From assembly GCA_965140415.1 (NCBI GenBank), contig OZ223209.1, positions 5,728,001 to 5,792,000 on the forward strand: a DNA stretch of 64,000 nt, read 5' to 3'. Positions 9,394-18,857 of this stretch are shown here, piece after piece. Made by a program: the position numbers and the translations under genes. The stretch is from Myxococcota bacterium (lineage in GTDB: Bacteria; Myxococcota_A; SURF-8). Under the pieces are notes generated by a model. The model searched no databases, was not told where the DNA came from, and saw nothing but the letters and a program-made list of their open reading frames with translations. The first letter of the stretch is position 1; each line of letters starts with the position of its first letter.

Positions 9394-10154
9394 TGGCTAA
9401 AAGCGAGCCAAAACCAGTCGACCGCAATGCCTGGATGGCAACGTTCTCGGATCTGATCACGCTGATGCTGACCTTTTTCGTGTTGTTGTTGACCATGAGC
9501 ACGATTGACACCAGCCGCCTGCGCAGTTTGTTCCAGTACTTCCCCGGTGCGGGAATGATGATGGAAGGTGGCGCACCTTCTATCGTGGATTCCAAACGCG
9601 CCATGATCGAACCGTTTAAAATTTCCAGCCGCTCGGGTCAGAAACGCTGGTTGGACGAACAGGACGAAGAACCTTACCATGCATTGACGCGCTGGTTGGA
9701 GAGTCGGCAACTTGATAAAAACGTGAAAGTGATCCGACGCGGCGATGCCTACGAAATCCATTTGGATAACCGGGTCGTCTTCGGAGCAGGTTCGGTTGAA
9801 ATCAATCCGGAATTCGTTCCATTTCTGCATGAAGTGGCGCAGACCTTGAAAGAACAGACCGGCGCTCGCTTGCGTGTACAGGTTGTCTCCTCCGATCCCA
9901 ACGATCTGGCCCAACAGAGCGTATATAAGTCACTTTGGACCTTGGCAACCAAGCGGAGTTTTGAATTATCGCATGCACTAATCTCGCGCTTTAAAGCGGA
10001 TCGCAGGCGGTTATCGTTGATCGGATACGGAGAAGCGCGTAAAATTATGGCAGAGGGCCAGTCGGTAGAAACCTTCGACCAGCGTGTCGAGTTCATTTTT
10101 GTCGAAAACGACGATTCCGCCTCGGCGGCGGAGCCAGGCAAGAGAGAGGATTGA
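9393..10154 (+). CDS. motB: Flagellar stator MotB paralog 2 (canonical TM with Asp; divergent OmpA-like domain)
   Basis: WMATFSDLITLMLTFFVLLLTMS; C-domain degenerate (VVSSD, IGYGEAR, DQRVEF). Confidence 0.88.
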   Translation: MAKSEPKPVDRNAWMATFSDLITLMLTFFVLLLTMSTIDTSRLRSLFQYFPGAGMMMEGGAPSIVDSKRAMIEPFKISSRSGQKRWLDEQDEEPYHALTRWLESRQLDKNVKVIRRGDAYEIHLDNRVVFGAGSVEINPEFVPFLHEVAQTLKEQTGARLRVQVVSSDPNDLAQQSVYKSLWTLATKRSFELSHALISRFKADRRRLSLIGYGEARKIMAEGQSVETFDQRVEFIFVENDDSASAAEPGKRED

Positions 10155-10157
10155 TCC

Positions 10158-10691
10158 ATGGCCGTTGACGAAAAAGATGTGGAAGAAGAAGGATCCAGCC
10201 CCAAACCTAAAAAGGGAGGAAACTTCCTGATCGTGCTGTTGCTGGTGGTGAATCTGCTGCTGGTCGGTGGAATGGGCGCATACTTCATCCTTTTCGGCGG
10301 AATGGGAAAAGGCGGCTCCAATGCCGGTGAACTGGAAGGTGCTCAGGAAACCGGAGCGGAAGAAGTAAAAGAAGAAGTTTCCGACAAGTTGGGAACCATC
10401 GTTCAACTGGAGCCGTTTCTGGTCAACCTGGACGAGCCGGGAACCAACCGTTATCTAAAAGCGGTCATCCAGCTTGAAGTTGCCGCCAAGGAAACGGAAG
10501 AGGAAGTCAAATTGCGGGCGGTGCCGCTTCGCGATCTGGTGATTACCTACCTCTCCTCGCTCAATTACAGCCAGACCCAAGGTGTCGTCAACAAGGAAGT
10601 CATTCGCACCGCGTTGATCAAACAGATCAGCAATCTGTTGAAAACCGGAAGCGTAAAGAATTTGTACTTCACCGAATTCGTCATTCAGTAA
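10158..10691 (+). CDS. fliL: Flagellar basal body protein FliL
   Basis: Single TM, FLVNL, LRD.V, V.NLYFTEFVIQ C-terminus. Confidence 0.95.
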   Translation: MAVDEKDVEEEGSSPKPKKGGNFLIVLLLVVNLLLVGGMGAYFILFGGMGKGGSNAGELEGAQETGAEEVKEEVSDKLGTIVQLEPFLVNLDEPGTNRYLKAVIQLEVAAKETEEEVKLRAVPLRDLVITYLSSLNYSQTQGVVNKEVIRTALIKQISNLLKTGSVKNLYFTEFVIQ

Positions 10692-10709
10692 CGGCGAACG
10701 GAGTTCATC

Positions 10710-11702
10710 ATGGAGCAAGTGCTTAGTCAGAATGAAGTCAATGCGCTGCTGGAAGCGGTACAGGAAGGAAACGTTCCGACCGAGGGAGACCCGATTCCAC
10801 GCGACGACGAATTCGAATCATACGATCTGGCCAGTCAGGACAAGATTATCCGTGGCCGTATGGCCGGACTGGAAATCATCAACGATCGTTTTAACCGTTA
10901 CCTGCAAATCGCCCTGTCCAGTTTGCTGCGCAAAGTGGCCGACGTGCAACTCGAATTCTCCGGCCTGATGAAGTTCGGTGAATTCATCAACCAGTTGATT
11001 TCGCCGACCACGTTGAATTTATTCAAGATGTCACCCCTGCGCGGCGTGGCGATTCTGGGCTTGGAAACGCGATTCATCTTCAGCATGCTCAACACCTTTT
11101 TCGGTGGCAGTCGTGGAGATGACAAAGACATCGAACTGCTCGACACGCGCGATTTGACCATCATTGAAATGAATATCGTTAAAAAACTCGTGCGCACCAT
11201 GTTGGGCGAGCTGCAAAAAGCCTGGCATCCGGTGCACGAAATTCACCCCAGCTATCTGAGAACCGAAATCAATCCTCAGTTCGTTGGTGTGGTGCCCTCT
11301 TCCGACGTGGTCATCAACACGCAGTATACCGTGGAATTCGATAACGCGGTGGGCATGCTCAATCTGGTAATTCCTTATTCCATGATCGAACCAATCAAGC
11401 AGAAGCTGTCGATTTACAGCCAAAGCGAGGAACAGGAACTGGATATGCACTGGATTCAGCGCCTGAAAGAGGAAATGATGCAGGCGGCGGTGAACATGCG
11501 TGTCGATCTGGGTCATGCGGATATGACGGTACGCGAGCTGAAAAACATGAAGGCCGGCGACGTCATCATGCTGGACAGCAGCGCCAACGATCCGTTGGTG
11601 GTGCGTATCGAAAACATTCCGAAAATGAAGGGTTTGCCCATTGTCCATAAGGGACATGTGGCGATGAAGATTACCAATATGCACCTCGATGGTGAGGATT
11701 AG
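10710..11702 (+). CDS. fliM: Flagellar motor switch protein FliM
   Basis: VLSQNEVNALL CheY-binding motif, EINPQF, SpoA C-domain. Confidence 0.96.
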   Translation: MEQVLSQNEVNALLEAVQEGNVPTEGDPIPRDDEFESYDLASQDKIIRGRMAGLEIINDRFNRYLQIALSSLLRKVADVQLEFSGLMKFGEFINQLISPTTLNLFKMSPLRGVAILGLETRFIFSMLNTFFGGSRGDDKDIELLDTRDLTIIEMNIVKKLVRTMLGELQKAWHPVHEIHPSYLRTEINPQFVGVVPSSDVVINTQYTVEFDNAVGMLNLVIPYSMIEPIKQKLSIYSQSEEQELDMHWIQRLKEEMMQAAVNMRVDLGHADMTVRELKNMKAGDVIMLDSSANDPLVVRIENIPKMKGLPIVHKGHVAMKITNMHLDGED

Positions 11703-11723
11703 GCGAAAGCGGAACGGGAGGAT

Positions 11724-12134
11724 ATGATGAGCGACGAACTGGATAAAGCCATACAAGAGCTGCAAAATTCCATGGCTTCTGGCGAAAGCGCGGATTCCTC
11801 GTCGATGCAGGAAGACCTGATGGCCGCCGCCGTATCCCAGTCATCGGATATGGAAAAAGGCCACGGCAAGAATTTGCAAATGATTCTGGATATTCCGCTG
11901 GAAGTTTCGGTGGAGTTAGGGCGCAACAAGATGCTGATCAACGACCTGCTGCAACTCGGGCAGGGATCGGTCATCGAGTTGAACAAGCTGGCTGGTGAGC
12001 CGATGGACGTCCTGGTCAACGGGCGTCTGGTGGCACGCGGCGAAGTGGTTGTACTGCACGATAAGTTCGGTGTGCGCCTGACAGACATCATCAGCCCCAG
12101 CGAGCGCATTCAACAGCTCGCGGAGGAAGCGTAA
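11724..12134 (+). CDS. fliN: Flagellar motor switch protein FliN
   Basis: [35 protein letters not shown]. Confidence 0.97.
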   Translation: MMSDELDKAIQELQNSMASGESADSSSMQEDLMAAAVSQSSDMEKGHGKNLQMILDIPLEVSVELGRNKMLINDLLQLGQGSVIELNKLAGEPMDVLVNGRLVARGEVVVLHDKFGVRLTDIISPSERIQQLAEEA

Positions 12135-12144
12135 GGAGAACGTC

Positions 12145-13467
12145 ATGTCGAAACATCTACTCGCACTCACGGCCTTGATGCTGTTTGCACTGACCCTGAT
12201 CGGTCCGGTTTCCACCGCGACGGCGGCTGGCAAGCAGCGAACCTTGACCGGTATTTCGGTCGAGGCCGACAACGAGACCGCGCGCATTACCTTCGATCTG
12301 GAAAAGAACAATGGCCGTCGTCTGGGAAAAGTCTATTTCTCGGGTAAAACGGTCAAGATTCTGGTCGAAGATACCAAACTGGCCAAGAATCGCGAGATCA
12401 AGATGCCGGGTCATGATGATACCCTGAAGGGCATCACCGTCAAGCAGAGCAAGTCGGATGTTGTCGTACAGTTGAAACTGGAAGACAAAATCACGTCCAT
12501 TCTGGAACATCTGGTTTTCGAGCCTTACGCCAATCACTCGGTATTGACCATTCGCAAACCCGGTTTCTACGCTGCACGTGCCAAAGCGGTAGAGGAACTG
12601 GCAGCAGCCAAGCCAAGCCCCGCCGAAACCAAAGTGGTCCAGGTGCAAGCCGTAGCCCCTGTAAAAGCAAAAGCCGACAATAACAACAAGTTGGTAGACA
12701 TGCTGCCTTTGGTGGAACCGGAAGCGAAACCGGTCGAACCCAAAAAAGCCGTAGCCGCCGAAAAAACGGTCAGCAAACAGGAAACCCTGGCTTCGCTGCG
12801 TAAAGGCATGGAAAAGACTCCCGCCGAGGCTACGGAAGTTGCGGCGGTTCCTGTCGCCGCTTCGTTGGGCACAGCACCCGCTGGAGGCGTTTCCTCAACC
12901 GGAACCTCCGGTACTTCGGGCATGTCCAAGCCTTTCAAAGTCGGCAATGCCGCACCGGATCTGACCGGTTTGTACGTCATGACCGTGGCCGTGCTGCTGA
13001 TCGCTGCCGTCTGGTTCTTTTTCCGACGTGGACGCCTGGTGTCCTTTACCAAAGTCGAAGAACCGATTCAGGTGGTCAAATCCACCAACATCGGTCATCG
13101 TCAACGCTTGTTGGTTGTCGAAACGGAAGGCAAACGCTTATTATTGGCTGCCAGTGACAAGCAGGTCAATTTCCTGTCGGACCTGACGGTCTCCGACAGC
13201 ACCGCGTTACAAAAGCGCGAAGCACCAGCCGAACCCACAAACGTGCATCCTTTCCGTCAACAAAGTGCCGCTCAAAGCGAAGCCGACACCTCCAGCATGT
13301 TCGGTCAGGCTCAGCAGCCTACTCAACCAGCCAGTGGGCGTCCCAGCTACTTCGGCGGCAAAGCACCTCAGATGAATTCCGGTGCTGCACCCAAACCCCG
13401 GTTCGAAGAACAGTCACAACCGATGACCTTCGCCGAAAAACTGCGCGCGATGAAGCGGAGGGCCTAA
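12145..13467 (+). CDS. fliO: Extended FliO/FliZ family protein with N-terminal periplasmic (AMIN-like) domain
   Basis: Between fliN and fliP; signal peptide, TM, then IQVVKSTNIGHRQRLLVVETEGKRLLL FliO domain. Confidence 0.75.
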   Translation: MSKHLLALTALMLFALTLIGPVSTATAAGKQRTLTGISVEADNETARITFDLEKNNGRRLGKVYFSGKTVKILVEDTKLAKNREIKMPGHDDTLKGITVKQSKSDVVVQLKLEDKITSILEHLVFEPYANHSVLTIRKPGFYAARAKAVEELAAAKPSPAETKVVQVQAVAPVKAKADNNNKLVDMLPLVEPEAKPVEPKKAVAAEKTVSKQETLASLRKGMEKTPAEATEVAAVPVAASLGTAPAGGVSSTGTSGTSGMSKPFKVGNAAPDLTGLYVMTVAVLLIAAVWFFFRRGRLVSFTKVEEPIQVVKSTNIGHRQRLLVVETEGKRLLLAASDKQVNFLSDLTVSDSTALQKREAPAEPTNVHPFRQQSAAQSEADTSSMFGQAQQPTQPASGRPSYFGGKAPQMNSGAAPKPRFEEQSQPMTFAEKLRAMKRRA

Positions 13468-13469
13468 TC

Positions 13470-14246
13470 GTGCAAACGTCATCTCTCACTGCCAAATGGC
13501 CGATATTAATCGCTCTTGCGCTATTGGCGGGCCTGTTTTTCATTATGGCCGATGCCTCCGCCGCGCCGTTGGAACTACCTAAGATTTCAATTGAAATGGG
13601 CGATCAAGGGGAACCCGGTCAGGTAGTGGGAACCATTAAAATCATGGTATTGTTGACGGTCATCATGCTGGCGCCGTCGATCTTGATCACCATGACCTCC
13701 TTTACACGCATCGTCATCGTATTTTTCTTTTTGCGACAGGCCATGAGCACCCAACAGAGCCCCCCCAATACGGTTCTGATCGGGTTGGCCATGTTCTTGA
13801 CCTTCTTCATCATGAAGCCGGTGTTGACAGAAATCAACGACACGGCGCTGCAACCGTATCTGGAAGGAACCGTTACCCAGGAGCAGGCATTGGAGTCGGC
13901 CTCCACGCCGATCAAGGGATTCATGCTTTCGCAAACGCGCGAAGCGGATCTGGCTCTGTTCTTCCGCATTTCCAAATCCCCTAAACCGAATTCGGTGGCG
14001 GACGTTCCCTTTCACATCGCGGTGCCGTCCTTCATTATTTCCGAATTGAAAACCGCGTTTCAGATCGGCTTTCTGATCTACCTGCCGTTTTTGATTCTGG
14101 ATATGGTCATCGCCAGTGTTTTGATGGCCATGGGTATGATGATGTTGCCACCGGTGATTATCTCACTGCCGTTTAAGATCATGTTGTTCGTATTGATCGA
14201 CGGCTGGAACCTGATTGTAGGTTCCCTGGTCAAATCCTTCGGATAA
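13470..14246 (+). CDS. fliP: Flagellar export protein FliP
   Basis: MTSFTRIVIV, PPN.VLIGLA, SELKTAFQIGF, MGMMMLPP, DGW motifs. Confidence 0.97.
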   Translation: MQTSSLTAKWPILIALALLAGLFFIMADASAAPLELPKISIEMGDQGEPGQVVGTIKIMVLLTVIMLAPSILITMTSFTRIVIVFFFLRQAMSTQQSPPNTVLIGLAMFLTFFIMKPVLTEINDTALQPYLEGTVTQEQALESASTPIKGFMLSQTREADLALFFRISKSPKPNSVADVPFHIAVPSFIISELKTAFQIGFLIYLPFLILDMVIASVLMAMGMMMLPPVIISLPFKIMLFVLIDGWNLIVGSLVKSFG

Positions 14247-14259
14247 TGCGAGGCTTGCA

Positions 14260-14529
14260 ATGACTCCAGACGCCGTATTAGCACTGGCCTCCGATGCATT
14301 GAAAACCGCGTTGCTGATTGCTTCGCCCATGCTGGCGATCGGCTTGACCGTCGGTCTGTCCATTTCCTTGTTTCAGGCCGTTACTCAGATCAACGAAGTT
14401 TCGCTGGCGTTTATCCCGAAAATCATCGCCATGGTTTTATCTCTACTGGCGTTTTCCTCCTGGATGCTCAACCAGTTGATGAGCCTGGCAATTCGTCTGA
14501 TCGAACAAATCCCTCAAATGACACAGTAG
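14260..14529 (+). CDS. fliQ: Flagellar export protein FliQ
   Basis: SLFQAVTQINEVSLAFIPKI. Confidence 0.96.
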   Translation: MTPDAVLALASDALKTALLIASPMLAIGLTVGLSISLFQAVTQINEVSLAFIPKIIAMVLSLLAFSSWMLNQLMSLAIRLIEQIPQMTQ

Positions 14530-14533
14530 ACCC

Positions 14534-15307
14534 ATGCTGGTCACGCATTTCTATTACCACCTGTTTCCACTTGTCATGATCGCCGGGCGCATTACCGGTC
14601 TATTCATGTTCATCCCCGTTTTCGGCAGTAATCTCGTGCCCATGCAAAGCCGCGCCGTCTTTGTGTTTCTTCTAGCCGTCGTGCTGCATCTGGGTGGAGA
14701 TATCGGCATGGAGCAGATGAACATCGGCCCGATGGAAGCGGCTTATGGAATTTTATTCGAGTTTCTGGCCGGAGCGGCAATGGGTCTGATATTGGTGATT
14801 TTCTTTGCCGCCATCAGCTACGCCGGAGATATCGTCGCACCTCAGATGGGTATGGCCATCAGTCAATTGGTCGATCCGCAGACACAGCAGATGCAGCCGG
14901 TATTGTCCACGTTTCTCAATTTCATCGCCGTAATCTTCTTCCTGTCGATCAACGGGCATTTGTTGGTGATTCAAGGCATGGCCGACAGCTACCGCCTGTT
15001 GCCGCTGGGTGGGTTTCACATGACCGGAGGTCTGATCGAAGCCCTACTCGAACAGGGTGGACAGGTATTCATTTTAGGGTTGAAAATCTGCTCGCCGGTA
15101 CTGGCGGTCATCATGTTTTTAAATACCGGCATGGCGATCATGGCGCGAGCGGTGCCGCAGGTGCACGTCATCGTCGTGGGATTTATCATTACGATTTCGG
15201 TTGGTATTTTGACGTTGATTAGCATCCTTCCCGCGTTTGAGCCAATCTTTGACGAGTTGATGCACGATGCGGTAGAACGCATGATGTGGTTGTTGAAAAC
15301 GATGTAA
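14534..15307 (+). CDS. fliR: Flagellar export protein FliR
   Basis: Polytopic membrane protein with QMG, DP, NGH, ARAVPQ motifs. Confidence 0.94.
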   Translation: MLVTHFYYHLFPLVMIAGRITGLFMFIPVFGSNLVPMQSRAVFVFLLAVVLHLGGDIGMEQMNIGPMEAAYGILFEFLAGAAMGLILVIFFAAISYAGDIVAPQMGMAISQLVDPQTQQMQPVLSTFLNFIAVIFFLSINGHLLVIQGMADSYRLLPLGGFHMTGGLIEALLEQGGQVFILGLKICSPVLAVIMFLNTGMAIMARAVPQVHVIVVGFIITISVGILTLISILPAFEPIFDELMHDAVERMMWLLKTM

Positions 15308-15344
15308 AAGGGTTCGTTAATAGAGATTCGGTTCTTTGATTCTC

Positions 15345-15411
15345 GTAGTGGCGAGGCGTAAGCCCGCCGAAAAACACCTTTATTAACGGCGGGCTTGCGC
15401 CTCGCCGCTAC
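15345..15411. repeat. REP-like inverted pair (GTAG family A)
   Basis: GTAGTGGCGAGGCGTAAGCCCGCCG ... CGGCGGGCTTGCGCCTCGCCGCTAC; single arms recur at 26435 and 62495. Confidence 0.8.
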
Positions 15412-15475
15412 AAAACAACATCGTTAAATAATGTAAAGACCGATAAAGGTCTGAACCAGACGGGCCGGAAGACGA

Positions 15476-16567
15476 ATGGCCGAAGAACAATTCGAGCGTA
15501 CAGAGCCCGCCACACCCCGAAGGCGTCAGAAGTTTCGGGAAAAGGGGCAGGTGGCAAAAAGCCAGGAAGTCAACGCCGTGGCGGTGCTGGTGGGTGTACT
15601 GCTTTATTTTTATTTCGCCGGAGAAACCATCTTCGAGCGTATGAACGTTCTGATGGGGCAGAATTTCAAAATCGCCGCCGATGTCAATCTCGATATCAAC
15701 GGCATGTACAGTATCATCGGGACGACCATCGAACTTTTTATCGAACTGCTCTTCCCCCTGTTCATCATTATTCCCGTGTTGTCCGTACTCACCAATATCA
15801 GCCAGACCGGCTGGCTGTTTACGGCGAAACCTCTGGTGCCGGATCTGAAACGCATCGATCCGATCAGCAAGTTTCAGCAAAAATTCTTGAGCATGAAGCT
15901 GTGGACCGATACGGCAGTGAACATCTTGAAAATTTCGGCTCTTACTTCCGTGATCTGGTGGGTCATTGCCGGTAAATACGACGGCTTGACGGAACTGATG
16001 TTCATGAGCCCGATGCTGTTGACGCAAACGATCATGATGGACATCCTGGAAATCATGCTGAAAACCATCCTGTTGTTCGTCGTGGTGGCCATAGCCGACT
16101 TCGCCCAGCAGTGGTACCAGCTTGAAAAACAGATGAAGATGACCAAGCAGGAAATCCGGGATGAATTCAAGGACATGGAAGGTGATCCGCATATGAAGGG
16201 CAAAATGCGTTCGCGTATGCGTGAGATTTCATTGAACAAAATGATCGATGTCGTACCCGAAGCGGACATGGTCATCACCAACCCGACCCATCTGGCCATC
16301 GCCATTCGTTACAAGCAGGGTGTGGACACTGCACCAAAAGTGCTGGCCAAGGGCAAAGGGTTCTGGGCGGAACGCATCAAGGCGATTGCACGCGAAAACA
16401 ACGTCGAGGTGATCGAAAACAAGCTACTGGCGCGCTCACTATATAAATCGGTTAAAATCGGCGGAGAAGTTCCACCTCAATTCTATCGCGCTGTGGCCGA
16501 ATTGCTGGCTTACGTCTACCGCTTGCAGCAGAAGGTCGGAAGTCAGCCGCAAACGAGACAAGCCTGA
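15476..16567 (+). CDS. flhB: Flagellar export protein FlhB
   Basis: RTEPATPRR, KMTKQE.RDE.K..EGDP, NPTH autocleavage motif. Confidence 0.97.
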   Translation: MAEEQFERTEPATPRRRQKFREKGQVAKSQEVNAVAVLVGVLLYFYFAGETIFERMNVLMGQNFKIAADVNLDINGMYSIIGTTIELFIELLFPLFIIIPVLSVLTNISQTGWLFTAKPLVPDLKRIDPISKFQQKFLSMKLWTDTAVNILKISALTSVIWWVIAGKYDGLTELMFMSPMLLTQTIMMDILEIMLKTILLFVVVAIADFAQQWYQLEKQMKMTKQEIRDEFKDMEGDPHMKGKMRSRMREISLNKMIDVVPEADMVITNPTHLAIAIRYKQGVDTAPKVLAKGKGFWAERIKAIARENNVEVIENKLLARSLYKSVKIGGEVPPQFYRAVAELLAYVYRLQQKVGSQPQTRQA

Positions 16568-16575
16568 GATCTCGT

Positions 16576-16857
16576 TCAGGGGCAACCCACGCTTTCCCAT
16601 TCACTCATCGGCTTGACTTGAGATTCGAAGTGAGCCGCCATCCAGCCAAAGCAATCCGAATATCCCTGGCAGTCTTCGCAGTGCAAGAGGCAGTCCTGCC
16701 GCTCATCGCTTGTTTCCGAAAGGCAGATTTCATCGCAATTGTAACAGGTGCCGTCGTAATCCCCGGAATCGTCGCCGCCGCCGCAAGCGGCAAAGCTAAT
16801 TGAAATCAGCAACAGCATCGGCAGGAAAATCAATCTGAAGTTTTGTAAGATGTGCAT
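16576..16857 (-). CDS. Small Cys-rich lipoprotein
   Basis: Lipobox FAAC followed by GGGDDSGDYDG and multiple Cys. Confidence 0.7.
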   Translation of the reverse strand: MHILQNFRLIFLPMLLLISISFAACGGGDDSGDYDGTCYNCDEICLSETSDERQDCLLHCEDCQGYSDCFGWMAAHFESQVKPMSEWESVGCP

Positions 16858-16880
16858 CAGTGGTCCTCTTTCGCGTTTTC

Positions 16881-17128
16881 AGTAACTACTGGAATGAGTA
16901 CCAGCAAAGGACAGCTAGCTTAACAAAGGGTGGCACGTGGCCAAGCGAAATGGAATGGAGCTTGCCCGTGTTCTTGTTTTGGCTCATGGGCAACCTGCGG
17001 TTCGCCCATGCCACCCACCACCGATATTATTGGTGTTTTCGGACTTACCCCCTCGCCGCTACAAGAAGACATCGCCAGTAATGAAAATAACTCTTCTAGT
17101 AACTACTGGAATGAGTACCAGCAAAGGA
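16881..17128. repeat. Two identical 31-bp direct repeats (16881-16911, 17098-17128)
   Basis: AGTAACTACTGGAATGAGTACCAGCAAAGGA occurs twice, bracketing the family B element. Confidence 0.85.
16928..17016. repeat. Palindromic ~89-bp REP/MITE-like element (family B), copy 1
   Basis: GGGTGGCA...TGCCACCC termini with two internal hairpins; near-identical inverted copies at 62565 and 62829. Confidence 0.85.
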
Positions 17129-17304
17129 TGTACCAGAATTCTTGATGTGCCGGAAAGCGGTACTTCAAAACCGCTGCGGCATGGTTTTTCATGGTTGCAA
17201 TACGTGTAGGACTTGACAAATTCTAGCCATTACGCTTATATGGGGCCATAAATCCGCGAGCTTCGCGGGTATAACGACGTTTACCATAGGTGGGAGGTTT
17301 ATCG

Positions 17305-17634
17305 ATGCGGTCAGCATGGGCGGTAGTAATAGTGGCGGTAGTAGCCGGAATGTGGCTCATGGCCTGTAGTGATAGTGAAGAATGGACCACCGAGCGTCGT
17401 TGCGTCGAGGATAAACTGATGCTGGTTTACGTGTTCGAGGACGACCTGGACGCCAACAACCAGCCCAAAGAAGAGTTTTCCCTGCTCGAAGATTGCACAG
17501 CCACCGGCTTGGTTTGCGACGATTCCAACCCGAGCGAGTTGCAATGTGCAGAAGGGGGAAGCACTCCCGATGGCGATGGCACCACCGACGGCGACACTGC
17601 CGATGGCGACACGACCGTTGACGGAGACGAATAG
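17305..17634 (+). CDS. Lipoprotein with C-terminal DGD repeats
   Basis: GGAGG before ATG 17305; lipobox LMAC; PDGDGTTDGDTADGDTTVDGDE tail. Confidence 0.75.
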   Translation: MRSAWAVVIVAVVAGMWLMACSDSEEWTTERRCVEDKLMLVYVFEDDLDANNQPKEEFSLLEDCTATGLVCDDSNPSELQCAEGGSTPDGDGTTDGDTADGDTTVDGDE

Positions 17635-17944
17635 TCAAGCCAGCTTGACACTCGGGCGTCAATGTCGGAACACCGGAATTTATATCTGCCGGATGAAGAC
17701 ACGTAACCGCTGGTAAATACAAAGTTTCCGTTTTTTGGCGCGAGCTTTGCGAGCAAAAGCGACGCAGATTGTTTGAAATCGTAATTTGCTTGAAAGTAAC
17801 ATTCGCTGTAGGGCTGGTTGAGGCGACAGGCGAATGTTATCTTTTTATGATTCGATAGCAGTAGACTGGGGCTTGAATACCCGTTAAAGATGTGGGTCCG
17901 CAACGCCGGATCCCGATTGAAAGAACAACGAGGAGGAGAGAATC

Positions 17945-18751
17945 ATGCGTAAAAGTAATTGGATCTTGTTTTTAGTCGTGTTTGCGATCTCGAGTATGTT
18001 GCTGGTGGCCTGTGCCGCGGACGAATGGGATTGCAATTCGTACTGCGAGAAAATGTTGGAATGCGGGGATATTCCGGCATCGGGGTTGGATAGTTGTATC
18101 TCCAAGTGCGATGCGATCAGAACTTGCATCGAATCCAGCACAATGAGCATCGAATGCCAGGATGCCCACACGGCCTATAGGGAGTGTTTGCAGGGCCTGA
18201 CCTGTTCGGTTTACGATAATGAAGTGGACGAATCGCATGTTTGTTATAGCAAACTGACAGCGATTGACACGGTCTGCACCGTTCAGGACAGCTCGAAATA
18301 CGATGAATGCCAGAGCGCGGAAGCGGTTGATGGCGATGTGGACGGCGACGGCACCATCGATGGCGACATGACGACCGATGGCGACATGACGACCGATGGA
18401 GACATGGTTGACGGCGATGTGGACGGCGACGTGGACGGCGACTCGACCGAACCGGAATGCACCGTCGATGATGATTGCTTGACCGCGGAAATCTGCGATG
18501 ACACCGGCGCCGAGCCGCTGTGCACCGTGGCTTGCAGCGACAATTTCGTCAACGAAGACTGCGGCGGCGTGTATGAATTCACCACCACCCGCTATGCCAC
18601 CGGCGACACCAAAGACGAAACCTGCCAGGAAGTGCCCTGCACCACCAACGACGACTGCGCCGGCCTGGGTGCCTGTGACGATCCGGAACAGAGCAGCACC
18701 AAGTCCTTCATCTGCGACGCGGACAAGTGCAAGCGTACCACCACGAAATAA
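17945..18751 (+). CDS. Cys-rich lipoprotein with central DGD repeats
   Basis: Lipobox LVAC; two Cys-rich domains linked by VDGD/TTDGD repeats. Confidence 0.8.
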   Translation: MRKSNWILFLVVFAISSMLLVACAADEWDCNSYCEKMLECGDIPASGLDSCISKCDAIRTCIESSTMSIECQDAHTAYRECLQGLTCSVYDNEVDESHVCYSKLTAIDTVCTVQDSSKYDECQSAEAVDGDVDGDGTIDGDMTTDGDMTTDGDMVDGDVDGDVDGDSTEPECTVDDDCLTAEICDDTGAEPLCTVACSDNFVNEDCGGVYEFTTTRYATGDTKDETCQEVPCTTNDDCAGLGACDDPEQSSTKSFICDADKCKRTTTK

Positions 18752-18857
18752 CCACCTTTCAACGGGGACGGTTTGTATGGGGTCACTTTATGGTGGCCCC
18801 AATTTTTGTTTAAAAGGCTCTATTTTCCAATGAGTATAACTGCTTCGAATTAAACTA

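Noticed and set aside
15425-15446. Sigma28 promoter before flhB (TAAA...CCGATAA)
   Set aside because: Spacing is about 10 bp rather than the ~15 bp required.
16881-17128. CRISPR array from the 31-bp repeats
   Set aside because: Only two repeats, a 186-bp spacer and no cas genes in the window.
16860-17209. Short ORFs over the family B element (also 62450-63037)
   Set aside because: Their mutual similarity comes from the non-coding repeat; there is no independent coding evidence.
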